In this document: in pieces, positions 52,001 to 64,000 of the stretch
How positions within the stretch are numbered: the first letter of the stretch is position 1
Layout: each line of letters opens with the position of its first letter
From: Carcharhinus longimanus
Taxonomy: Eukaryota
Assembly (NCBI GenBank): GCA_030264375.1
Contig: JASCQW010000081.1
Location: forward strand, 31,530,377 to 31,594,376
Length of the DNA stretch: 64,000 bases
Reading direction: 5' to 3'
Notes under the pieces: generated by a model
Told to the model about the DNA's origin: nothing
Seen by the model: the letters and a program-made list of their open reading frames with translations, nothing else
Database searches by the model: none
Translations under genes and position numbers: made by a program

Positions 52001-53165
52001 TGCTGATGACTGCACAATGTTGGTGTTGGAGGGAATGGATATTTAAGGTGGCAGCTTGTGTACCAATCAAACGAGTGGCTTTGTTTTGAATGGCATCAAG
52101 CTTTTTGACTGCTGTTGGAGCGCTCTCATCTAGACAAGTGGAGAGTGTTTGATCACACTCCTGACTTGCCTTTATTGATTATGGACAGGCTCTGGGGAAT
52201 CAAGAGGTGAGTTACCCACCCCAAGGTTCCTAGTCTCTGACGTGCTATTGTAGCCAAAGCATTTATAGGGCTAGTCCAGTTCAGTTTGGTCAATAGTAAC
52301 CCCCAGGATGTGGATAGTGGGGAATTCAGCAATGGCAATGCCATTGAATGTCAAGGGATGATGGTTGTTGGAGATGGGACCTGGCTAGCTCATCCTGTGG
52401 GAGTGACCATTGAGACCTGGCTAGCTCATCCTGTGATGGTGCTATCAAGCCATTCTTGGTAATGGACATTGAACTCCTCCACCCAGAGTTCATTTGGCAC
52501 CATTGCTACCCGCTATGCTTCCTTTAAGTGGCGTTTAACATGGAGAAGCATAATCATAGAATCCTATAGTGTGGAAGAAGGCCATTCAACCCATTGAGTC
52601 TGCACTGACTACAATCCCACCCAGGCCATATCCCCATAACCTCATGCATTTATCTACTCCCCCTGACACTAAGGGGCAATTTAGCATGGCCAATCCACCT
52701 AACCTGCACATCTTTGGACAGGGAGAGGAAACCTGCATAGACATGGGGAGAATGTGCAAAGTCCACATAGACAGTGACCCAAGCCAGGAATCGAACCCAG
52801 GTCCCTGACACTGTGAGGCAGCAGTGCTCACCACTGCACTGCCCAAGTATTGATTCATCAGTTGAATGGAGTAAGTGGTAATCAGCAGGAGGTTTCCTTC
52901 CCCATATTTGATCTGGTACCGTGAGACTTCATGGGGTCCAGAGTCAATGTTGAGAACTGCCTCATGAGTGTTTACCATGTATTGTCACATCTGCGAGGTC
53001 TGTCTTGCCATTGGGACGGGCATACCCAGAAATAGTGATGGTGGTGTCAGGACCTTATTTGTAAGTTATGATTCTGTGAATATGACTCTGACAGGCTGTT
53101 GCATGACTAGTCTTTAAGACAGCTCTCCCAATTTTGGCACAAGCCTCGAGATGTTAGTAAGGAAG
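49045..53165. mobile_element. Dense nest of CR1/L2-group LINE fragments on both strands, with HE1 SINEs (~49045-49225 +, ~51300-51600 -, ~52555-52845 -) and a CR1 3' end (~49600-49870 -)
   Basis: APDITTALVQTWTKELNSRGEVRVAALDIRAAVDRVWHQ and gagatgtttgctgatgactgc (FADD) at ~51650-52020; typical SINE heads and tails. Confidence 0.75.
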
Positions 53166-53354
53166 ACTCCTGGCTCCCCCTGCGGCACTGTGGCTTATCA
53201 TCATCAGCTGAATGAATCAATATAATTTCATAATCTGCCTTTACAAATGGGGAGTGTTGGAGAGCATGCCGATCACAGCACCAATCTGGAGGGCGGTCCT
53301 GGGGTCAAAGAGCATGAGGGTGGCAATTCTCATTTTTGAGAGAATGGTGGGTCT

Positions 53355-55830
53355 GGAGATAGAACATAAAATATCACAGTGCAGTACAGGCCCTTTGGCC
53401 CTCGATGGTTTCACAGGTCGGCGCAACAATCTACAGACCATCTAACCTATGCTATTCCAGTATCATCCATATGTTTATCCAATTCAAGCCCTCATCCAGG
53501 TCATTTATAAAAGTGACAAGCAGCAGTGGTCCCAAAACAGATCCTTGCGGTACACCATGAGTAACTGAACTCTAGGATGAACATTTCCCATCAACCACCA
53601 CCCTCTGTCTTCTTACAGCTAGTCCAAACTACAAAATCACCCTCAGTCCCATGCCTCCGTACCTTCTGCAATAGCTTACTGTGGGGAACCTTATCAAATG
53701 CTTTACTGAAGTCCGTGTACACCACATCAACTGCTTTACTCTCATCCACCTCTTTGGTCACCTCAAAGAATTCAGTAAGATTTGTGAGGCACGACCTACC
53801 CTTCACAAAACCATATTGACGATCCATAATCAAATTATTCCTTTCTAGATGATTATAAATCCTATCTCTTGTAATTCTTTCCAAAACTTTGCCCACAACA
53901 GAAGTAAGGCTCACTGGTCTATAATTACCAGGGTTGTCTCTACTTCCCTCCATGAACAAGGGGACAGCATCCTCCAGTCACCTGGCAATGTTCCTGTAGA
54001 CAATAATGACCTAAAGATCAAAGCCAAAGGCTCTGCAATCTCCTCCATAGCATCCCAGAGAATCCCAGCATAAATCCCATCCAGCCTAGGGGACTTACCT
54101 ATTTTCACACTTTACAGAATTGCTAACACCTCCTCCTTATGAACCTCAATCCCATCTAGTCTAATAACCTGTATCTCAGTATTCTCCTCGACAACATTGT
54201 CTTTTTCCTGTGAATACTGCAGAAAAATATTCATTTAGCGCCTCTCCTATCTCTTTGGACTGCACACACAACTGCCCACTACTGTCCTTGACTGGCCCTT
54301 ATTTTACCCTAGTCATTGTTTATTCCTGACATACCTATTGAAAGTTTTAGGGTTTTCCTTGACCCTACCTGTCAAAGATTTCTCAAGTCCCTTCCTGGCT
54401 CTTCTTAGCCCTCTCTTTAGGTCCTTCCTGATTAACTTGTAACTCTCAAGCGCCCTAACTGAACCTTCAGGTCTCATCTTGACATAAATCTCTTTCTGCC
54501 TCTTCACAAGCGATTCAACTTCTTTCGTAAACCACGGTTCCCTCGCTCGACCACTTCCTCCCTGCCTAACAGGTACATACCTATCAAGGATGCGCAGCAG
54601 CTGTTCCTTGAACAAGCTCCACATTTCAATTGTGCCCATCCCCTGCAGTTTCCTTCCGCATCCCATGCATGCTAAATCTCGCCTAATCGCATCATAATTT
54701 CCTTTCCTCCCAGCTATAACTCTTGCCCTGCAGTATACACCTATCCCTTTCCATCGCTAATGTAAATATAACCGAATTGTTGTCACTTATCACCAGTGTT
54801 CGCCTACTTCCAAATCTGACACCTGGCCTTACCCAGTACCAAAACCAATGTGGCCTTGCTTCTTGTTGGCCTATCATACTGTAGATTGGGAAACTCTCCT
54901 GCACACGTTGGGCAAAAACTGACCCATGTAAAGTACTCGAATTATAGCTTTTCCAGTCAATATTTGTAAAATTAAAATCCCCCGTAACAACTACTCTGTT
55001 ACTTTGGCTCCGATCCAGAATCATCTTTACAGTCCTTTCCTCTACATCTCTGGAACTTTTCAGAGGCCTGTAGAAAACTCCCAACAGGGTCACCTCTCCT
55101 CACCTGTTTCTAACCTCAGCCCATACTACCTCAGTAGACAAGTCCTCATCAAACATCCTTTCTGCCANNNNNNNNNNNNNNNNNNNNNNNNNNNNNNNNN
55201 NNNNNNNNNNNNNNNNNNNNNNNNNNNNNNNNNNNNNNNNNNNNNNNNNNNNNNNNNNNNNNNNNNNCCACGCTAACACCCTACCCCCAACTCCATGTCC
55301 CCTGACCTTCTGCAATAACCTCTTGTGAGGTACCTTGTCAAACGGTGTTCACCCAGCTCCAAATCTAACATCTGGCCTGGTTTATTACCCAGTACTAAAT
55401 CCAATGTGGCCTCGCCTTTTGTTGGCCTATCTATACACTGTGTCAGGAAACCCTCTTGCACACATTGGACAAAAACTGACCCATCTAAAGTACTTGAACT
55501 ATAGCTTTAACTTTACAATATTTGTAAAGTTAAAATCCCCCATAACAACTACCTTGTTACTTTCGCTCCTATCCAGAATCATCTTTGCAATCCTTTCTTC
55601 TACATCTCTGGAACTTTTCGGAGGCCTATAGAAAACTCCCAACATGGTGACCTCTCCTTTCCTGTTCCTTACTTCAACCCATGCTATTTCAGTAGACGAG
55701 TCCTCATCAAACATCCTTTCTGCCACTGTAATACTGTCCCTGACTAACAATGCCACACCTCCCCCTCTTTTACCATCTTCCCTGATCTTGCTGAAACTTC
55801 TAAACTCTGGAACCTGCAACAACCATGGAT
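53355..55830 (-). mobile_element. CR1 LINE ORF2 (endonuclease plus RT) fragments around a gap
   Basis: GNYRPVSLTSVVGKVLE...QYGFVKGRSCLTNLTEFF...DVVYTDFSKAFDKVPH; GGGVALLV...GVFYRPP...VVMGDFNF. Confidence 0.92.
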
Positions 55831-57759
55831 AGACCCAGGCACTATCACCGGTCCTGGCTTACGGACTGTTGGCTGTTCTTCTATCATTCCTATTTTTCAT
55901 CTTTTGGTCTTGCTGCACCTGACCCCACCCCGTACCTTTTTTAAACCCTAATGTTGCACCTTGTTTACTTGTACCTCCTGTTTTACTCAGTGTCTTGTAG
56001 GCACATAGCTGTGCACCATGTCAAACTCTGCCTCATCTCAATCCTGCCTTCCCATTCCACCTTATTTCCCTTGCCTAAAGCCCAGGGTTGCCCGCCTGAT
56101 TTACCTGTGTGATGCTTGTGACCCTGTTTGTGCCTTATTCCCTATTCAAGTCCTGGAGTGGGATTTGAAGCTATAACCTTCTGCTTCAGAGCTGAGAATT
56201 AATAACTGAGCCTCAGCTGATGTACAACAGTTTAACTTGCAAATGTGGAAGAGAAAGATTTAATCTTGTTGCTCTGGTTAACTGTATTTTGATTTTTGAG
56301 TTAGAATTTAGTACTTTAAAATTTACAAAGGTCTGTGTACTTTAAATGAAGTGGATTATGTTTGAGAAGTTTTTCAATATATCTAAATGGTGATTTTTTT
56401 CTGCTGGTAAAGGGGATTTTTTTCTGTTTTTCAGAGTGGGGGGGGGAAAACAGCAATAGTTTCCCCCCATCTCCTTGAATTGTAAGCAGCACCTTCATAT
56501 AGCTGGAACAGTCAGAATCTCAAAGCTGTGAATGTATTTTCAGTACTCTTCTTTATTATGTGGTGAGAAAGCATGAAGCTCGACTGGCCATCTGGTCCCA
56601 GGGGAGCATTTCTAGTTTGGTAAACCGAAAAACAAAGCAAATTGAATGCTTTTGTTTCTTATCACAGTCCTTGGCTTATTTTCCCTTCATATCTGATCTA
56701 CTGACGGCCTTCATTACTCCAACGATTAGCTCCCTGTACCAGAAGTAATATTTTACTTCACCCCAAGGTTAATACGGAAGGAAAGCTATGGAATTTCAGT
56801 ATAAAGCTGTTATCCATGAAACGAAATGGCAAATTTCCAATCTGCTTCTGAGCATCTTCAACGTTTGTTTTTTGCATGGAGAAACATGTTTTAGGTTCTT
56901 GGTTGTCATTTGGAGCTGTTGAAATGAGTTGGTTATGTATGGGGCACCTTGCATGCATCAATGATATGCTGTCTTATATGGAAGTTGGTGCTGCAGGCTG
57001 ACGCGGATAGTCGCTCTGAGATTTATTCAAGTTAGTGCAAGGCTGCTGCTTGAAATCTTAGGAGTCAGTTGCCTGTACTTGTCTGCAGGGGTTTGCTGCA
57101 TGTTATTTATTTTCCCTTGGTACTGTTTTGGGCAAATTTTAAGAAAAAGAGTATTGAGCAGGCCTCAGCAGGTAATATTTCTAACTTTCTATTAATCTAG
57201 TTTTCTCATTAGTCAAAATAATTAGTTTATAATTACCTTCTAAATCTAGTCCCAGACCTCTGCAGATTGCCCTGCTGTTCATAATTGGACATTTATAATA
57301 AGCTTATTTCCCAACTAAATATTCAGAAGTAAACTTCCATTTTCAGCTGTCCTTTATTTTAGTCTTCTGTGTGAGTTGTGGCAGGCATGCACAGAAAAAA
57401 ATTATTCTTGGCACTTAATTTAGTTCAGTTTCTCAGAAGAGTTTTCTTATCTATGTAAATAAGTTACACTGTGCACAATATATTATGATGTGCAGAAACA
57501 CAAACTATATAGGACCTTTGTTTCCTTGAATCTGGTATCTGTTAACTGTAATAGTTATATGATCCAGGCCCAGTGTTTCCCATCAACTCAAATTTATGCA
57601 TGTCATCTTACTGCCTGTCTGGATTTATTTTAAAAAAGGTACAAGATGCCAACTTAATAAATCAGTAGAAGGACCATTTTTTTCAAGACAAAAAGAGAGT
57701 GATATTTAAGAATAAACAAAGATAAAGAGTTCGAGGCAAATGGAAAAAACTAAAAGATA

Positions 57760-58812
57760 CAGCAAATTAGGAAGGCAAAAGAAATGTTGAACTTTGTTCC
57801 AAAGGGGATGAAATATTGAAGTATGGAAGTCTTGTTACAATTGTACAGGGCATTGGTGAGACCTGGGGTACTGTTATAGAATCGGAGTGTGGCAACTAAA
57901 GTTAAAAGTTAAAATTTATTTATTCGTCACAAGAAGGTTTACGTTAACACTGCAATGAAGTTACTGTGAAAGGCCCCTAGTCGCCACACTCTGGCGACTG
58001 GGTATATTGAGGGAGAATTTAGCATAATCAATGCATTTAACCTGCACATTTTTAGACTCTGGGGTGAAACCAGAGCACTTGGAGGAAACCCATGTAGACA
58101 CGGGGAGAACGTGCAAACTCCACACAGACAGTGACCCAAGCTGGGATTTGAACCCAAGTGCCTTGTGCTGTGAGACAGCAGTGCTAACCACTGTGCCACT
58201 GGCTAAGGGATTTTGACAGTCACTTAATTACAGTGTTAATGTAAGCCTACTTGAGACACTGAAAAATAAATTTTCCAAGCTAAACTAGAAAAGAGCAATG
58301 AGAGATGTGGCCTTATTGAAATTCTGAGGGGGCTTGGACAGGGTAGATGCTGAAAGGATGTTTCCTCTTGTGGATCTCAGACCAGAGAATAAACAAGAGA
58401 AAAATACAGCAGCTGCTGCAAATCTGAAATAAAAACAGGAAGCACTGGAATAATCTGGCAGCGCCCCTAGAGAGAAAAACCGAGTTAATGTTTCAAGTTC
58501 AATATGACTCTTCAGAACTGGAACTAAACCTCGGGGCACCATTTCCAAATGAAGTCTCTCCCACTTAAAATGGAGATGAAGAGAAATTTCTTCTGAGGGT
58601 CATTAGTCATTGGAACTCTCTTCCACAGAGAACAGTGGAGGCTGGGTCATGAATATATGTTAGGTTGAATTAGATAGATTTTTGGTCAAAAAGGGAGGTA
58701 AGGTTTATGGGGGCAGGCTGGAAAGTGGGGCGAAGGCCATGATGAGATCAGACATGTTATTTAAAGGTAGAGCAGGCTCGAAGGACTAAGTAGTTCTCCT
58801 ATTTCTCCTGCT
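57760..58812 (+). mobile_element. CR1 3' fragment interrupted by an HE1 SINE (~57900-58200, -) and a PLE terminal-repeat fragment (~58395-58522, -)
   Basis: ttgttacaattgtacagggcattggtgagacc; gagggggcttggacagggtagatgctga; SINE body; gctgcaaatctgaaataaaaacagga. Confidence 0.75.
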
Positions 58813-59042
58813 CTTTTGACAAGGAGGCAGAAATGTAAGAGTGGAAGATTTGCGGCAGGAATTTGAGCTTGGACAAGAGTGTGCAGGATCACTGGAGATT
58901 AAATTAAAGGAGGAAGGTGATCATAAATGTTGATGAAGAGTTTACTTGATTTTTATATATCACACATATGCTATGAAGACATGTGATAGAGGGTTGTTAG
59001 CTTTGTTGTTCTCTGCACTAATTTTCATCTTTTCTGGACCAG

Positions 59043-59173
59043 GTAAACACTTGCTACCACTTTCTAGCAGCAGTGGACCATTGACATGTCAAGTGTCTGG
59101 AGAATCCTCCAACTTGGTGCGAATGAGAAATCAAAATTTAGGGCAGTCAGCTCCTTCTCTCACTGCTGGCATG
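59043..59173 (+). CDS. MAST2: MAST-family kinase exon 3 (GKHLLPLSSSSGPLTCQVSGESSNLVRMRNQNLGQSAPSLTAGM)
   Basis: ccag acceptor, ATG|gtaagt donor, 131 nt (phase 1 to 0), in frame with exon 2. Matches MAST2 GKQLLPLSSS...GEASNLVRMRNQSLGQSAPSLTAGL. Confidence 0.92.
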
Positions 59174-61959
59174 GTAAGTCCGGATTACTTTGAAAGTCAC
59201 ATTGAAAAATAATGCAATTATTAAAGGAATGCAACTCTGTGTTTTAGGTTTTCTTCTTGCCGTTAGAAACAAAATAATTCCAATTTCAGATTTTTGGATC
59301 TGCGATTTGGTGTGATATCTAGATTTGAAAATGTTTATTTTTGGTGACTTATATTGGGTATCGACTGATATAGATGTAATCCACTTGAATAAGAGCATGA
59401 GTTGCATTAATATTCTTGGGCATTACATTGTTTGACCAATCAATGGAATTTTCAGTGGTTATGTTAGTATCCAGATTGAGTCAGAGAAACTGCTGTATTT
59501 AATAATTAAGTAACTAAATACTTCAGGATAAAACCCTGCTGGTTGTTTCCCTCACCTTAAATTGAGAACATGGAATGAGGGATTAAGAATCAGAATCTCC
59601 AGCTGATTTATGTGCAAATTATCTGGAATATGAATTGTTTACTAACTATAGGGAAGAATGTTCTGATATTTACTGCTATGTTACTTCTATTCTGGAAAAC
59701 GAGCACAAGGAAATAATTAAGCTTGCTTATGTATGCATCAAAATGTCAACCTTTTAAGGTTTTAACCTAAATGCCTTCTCAGAGAGGAAAAATGAAATAC
59801 ATTTTCAAGCTGGCAAATTGTGCAGAACTGTGGATGAAAATGTTCAGTAAAATTATCAAGTTTCAAAGGGCCTTTTGGTGAAGATTCACATACATAATTG
59901 CCTCTTCCAAAAGCAAGAAAGGGGAAAAATTTTAGACCTGATTTGGTGAAAACAGTCCAAAGCAAAACATCTGAAGTTAGTTTACATAAGAATTAACAAA
60001 TATTTTGGTTTGTCATGATTTATTTGCAATGCAACATCAAGAGTATATGAAAAGCCAGAGAAAAGTATTTGCAATGATTAAAAGATGATATAACAAAAAA
60101 TACTGCTCAGTTTGCCAAACAAAAGTAATCTTTGGAACAAAAATAAGGAAAAGCAATTTGACATATAAAAAGTAGTCTCACCACAACCTTAAATAAACTT
60201 GTTATGCACATTTTAAGTGGCCAGTATCTGGGATGTGGCAAAAAATAAAACTCCCCAGTTGTCTTGATATTCTGGCACAATCACTCCATTTATATTATGG
60301 ATATATTAGGAGCAGTTGCTAGATTTCGTGGCAGCAAAGGCTTAAAAATGTCTCACTAATGTCAATTTGGCTAGAAATTTTCTCCCATGTTACTAGATGA
60401 TATTCCAGACTGGTCTGAATGGAAGACCTGCCAGAATCAAGATGTTCAGTGTAACACAACTACAGTTGGTGATAGTGATTTAGCCTTGTTACATCAGGCA
60501 TCCATCACCGAGAAGAAGCCGTATCCAAAGAGAGCTTTGGTGACATTGATGTTAAATGGCTTACACAACATGGGTTATCTCTGATGTGGGTAGCCTAAAA
60601 TGTCCTTGGATATCTAATCTCCCCATCCCTCCATCACCCTGCAGGGCAACATGAGAGCTTACTACTTAAATAGAGGCCTGACCAATCCCTGTCCACTGCT
60701 ATCTTTTTCTGCCTGGTTGAATATGTTCTCATTGTTCACTTCTTCCAAAGCTTTGAGGATTCTGAGGCAGTATATTCTGAGGCATGACAGTAGACAATTA
60801 ATATAGGCACAGATTATAAACAGGTGTAACAACAATATAACCGTTTATAGTTACTTCAATATATGTATTATTTTCTTGTGGTAAAATACAAATAGAAAAT
60901 AATTGCAAATTACTTGTCAAGTTTCCCTTTTTGGGATTTGGTTCGTACTGCATTTATCACATGCTGAGTTATTATAGAAGTTATACTGATATGACCCAGC
61001 ACGTTTAAGTGCCATGTGAGCCAAATCCCAAAAAGGGAAACTTGACAAGTGATCACAGCTATTTTCGATTTGTATTTTACCACTTGAAAATATGTATACT
61101 AAAGTCAGGAACCACACATTTTTGTTGCACTTAAATGTTAAATTATAACTTTTATGAACAAAATAAAAGAATGCTTAAACACACAAGATTACATTTACAC
61201 AGTTAAAATTAGTCTCACAGTACATTCCTCCAAAAGAATCTTACTAGGTTAGGCTCTCATATAAACAACCCTTTAGGCAACAGTCCTTTTAGGTACTTAA
61301 TCTACAAAGTCTCAGTGATATTCCCACAAGGCAAAACCCATTGTTGCTGAAGGGGAAGTTTTCAAGGGCTTCTCTTTATCCCACTTGGCTGTGGAAATTC
61401 AAAACTTCAATCCAAAACACCACTTTCTGGAACAACCCAGACGCTTCTCTGGGATGGCTGCAGGCTGCTCACTTCACCTCTTCACAGTTCTTTCCTAGCA
61501 CAGAGCATTCTCTTCAGAAGATCTTCCATGGCCACACCCAACACAGCTCCCAAATTTTCTTTAAATATGTTATCCCTTCTTTGATCTATTTCCATTGTCC
61601 TTACTTTTTATGAAATTTACCTTGCCCAGGATGTAAAATATTTTGTTTCCCCTATGGCCACCACTTTTGGGTAAAAGAAATTTGAATAATTTTACCTTAC
61701 TTATTTATAACCTTTTCCCAGCTGTAAGTTTGTTTTTAATTTGCCTTGAAATTTAACAGTTGAACATAAAAAAAATCTTTATCTCCTAATGCAAATTTCT
61801 ATCCATGTCTTATTTCTGTCCATATCAAGAGCAGCACACTTGTTTCAAATTCTTCTCTGACCCTTCTATATTCGGCCTTGTTCTTACTTTTGTTATCAAC
61901 TTGACATTTGCCTTCAGCATACTTTTTTCTTCTTTATTGTAAACTTTATTTAATTTATC

Positions 61960-63620
61960 ATCCAGGCAGCTTGAGATTTGCTCGACTTATTTTTTCCCCT
62001 TAATGGGAATTTACCTTGATTGTACCTGACTATCTGTTGTTTAATGATAGCCGATTGTTCAGCTTTTTTAACTTCCTTTATGGGATGTAGATGTCACTTG
62101 CAAGATCAACATTTGTTAGTCAACACATGTTGATCTTGCAAGTTGAACTGATTTAGTTCAATCAATCACCCTTGGTTGAACTAAATCATTCACATTGCTG
62201 AGTTCCTGCATGTCACCCATGCCTGCTAAGGATGACAGATTTCTTTCCAAAGGACATTGGGCTTTTACAACAATCTATGATAGTTGTCATGGTAATCACC
62301 ACTGAGATTCACTGATACATCTTCCAGATTTATTCAAGTTCCACCAGTTGCCATGGTGAAATTTGAATCCTAGAGCATGAGCCTAGTGCCGTTAATGGGA
62401 GAGATGTTGACGCCATGGTGTAGACTTGCTTGTCACCCTTTGATCCCAATTTATTTGGATGTGGGCTAAATAATTTGGGATCAAAGGTTGGCAGGCAGGA
62501 CGATACCACAGCATTGCCATCTCTCCCATTACATTTATTACATCACTGAAGTTGATTTTCCCCAGTTAACTGTTCTTACTTTGAATTACTCTTGATTCTT
62601 TTCCATTGCCAATCTGAACTTTATGATACAATGATTAGTTACCCTAAATGTTCCCTTACTGACACTTGATCCACTTGGCCTGCCTCATTCCTAAGAACTC
62701 GATCTTGCAATGCCTCCTTTCTCATTGGACTGGAAGCATTGCTGTGGAAAATCTTCCTGAATACTCCAGGAACTGTTGCCCCTTTTTGCCCTTCACATGA
62801 CTACTATTCCAATCTATATTTGGATCATTAAAATCCCCTATTAAAACTGCTTCACAATGCTTGCACTTCTGTACTTCCGTTACAGATTTGTTCCTTTACA
62901 TCTTCCTTTGTTTCTTAGCTTTACCCAAATAGATTATGTCCTTGATACGTCTGGGATATCCTCTCTCCAGCATTACCATACTCTGTTTAATCACCACTGC
63001 TACCCCTCCCCCTTTCTTCATTTCCATCTTTCTTTAGCACCTTTTATCCAGGAATACTTAAATACCTGCCTATTTTTGAACTGGTTCACCATTATCACCG
63101 CAATGAACATTTCCATGTGGCTATCTGCATCTGCAACTTGCCAATCTTATTGACTGCACTGTGTGCATTTACTTATATGTGCTGTAACTCTAATTTAAAC
63201 CGTATTATGTAACTCACCTAATAACTTACTATTTCCATATCTGGTGCTATTTGTCTCTTCCAGTATTTTGTGCACCATGGTTTTCAAGATCAAGGACACA
63301 GACCAGACTCATTACTGATAGTTCAATGCTGCCACCTATATCACCACCTGGTTCTTACACCCTGTCAAGTTAGTTTAAGTCCTTCTGAATAGCAAATCTA
63401 GCAAAGGAATTATTCCAGGCTCTGTTTAAGCACAACCTGTCCGGACCGTACAGTGCTTCATCTCTCCAAAACTGATCCCAAAGTCCCAGGAATTTAAAAG
63501 TTCTGCACATCTTTCTGGCCATGCATTAACCTGCTTTATCCTCCTGTTTGTAAAGTGATTTGCTCGTGATACTGGGAATAATCTGTAGACAACCTTTTTT
63601 TGAGGTCCTGGTTGCTAATT
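61960..63620 (-). mobile_element. Degenerate CR1 ORF2 5' region with an inserted SINE (~62075-62390)
   Basis: ccaatctatatttggatcattaaaatcccctatt (GDFN on the minus strand), ccactgctaccccctcccc (GGGVA). Confidence 0.55.
62393..62531. repeat. 139-bp foldback (66-bp ungapped arms, 7-nt loop)
   Basis: TAATGGGAGAGATG...CATCTCTCCCATTA perfect 14-bp ends; arms align without gaps with about 15 mismatches. Confidence 0.85.
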
Positions 63621-64000
63621 TCCTATTCAGCTCTCTTATGTTCTGACTACAGGACCTGTTTTCTACTTTTGGTGTTGGCAGTTGATCAAATTTTATGTTG
63701 TCTTATGGCACATGGGGCTATTTGGCTGATCAAATCCATGCTAGCTCTCTGTTGTGCAATCTAGTCAGTGCCATTTCTCCTGCTCTAAGAAGAGAGACCA
63801 ATGTGTAGAATTTTGATATGTTTTATTACGATTAAATCTGGTGAAAAAAATGACAAAAAGAAACAAAGCAGTATAATGCAGCTTGGCAGGGGACCTTTGA
63901 ACCACCTCTGTGGAAGGGTGAAGATTGGTAATTAGATTAGTGTCAGACCAATGAAGCATTGTGCCTTTGAGACTCCAAGGTCATATCTGATTAATGTATT

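Noticed and set aside
52378-52435. CRISPR-like repeat-spacer-repeat
   Set aside because: Only two units with a 14-bp spacer, in vertebrate DNA with no cas genes.
53355-55830. Active autonomous retrotransposon
   Set aside because: ORF2 is broken by frameshifts, stops, deletions and a gap.
59174-64000. Next MAST exon (expected KELSLPRRGS)
   Set aside because: No matching sequence found by eye; it is presumably beyond the window.

Overview
Eukaryotic genomic DNA, most likely a shark/elasmobranch: it is dominated by HE1-type V-SINEs, SacSINE1-like DeuSINEs, CR1, L2, RTE, Rex/Babar LINEs and Penelope-like element (PLE) fragments, and has seven assembly gaps. The only host gene I can support is the 5' part of a MAST-family kinase gene (MAST2-like; paralog uncertain) on the + strand: a CpG-island promoter at ~11.8-12.5 kb and three in-frame coding exons (12594-12728, 41413-41563, 59043-59173), with the rest beyond the window. 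The most unusual observation is a single intact liprin-alpha (PPFIA4/PPFIA2-type) SAM-region exon, with its own splice sites, inside MAST intron 1 (40058-40155). A ~187-bp direct repeat brackets it together with MAST exon 2. The window also has many PLE-derived minimal hammerhead-ribozyme motifs (one intact copy just upstream of the promoter, several as inverted pairs) and a cluster of three hairpins at ~62.1-62.5 kb. Most ORFs in the supplied track are TE fragments or spurious. Family assignments come from recalled consensus and protein sequences, not database searches, and repeat boundaries are approximate.
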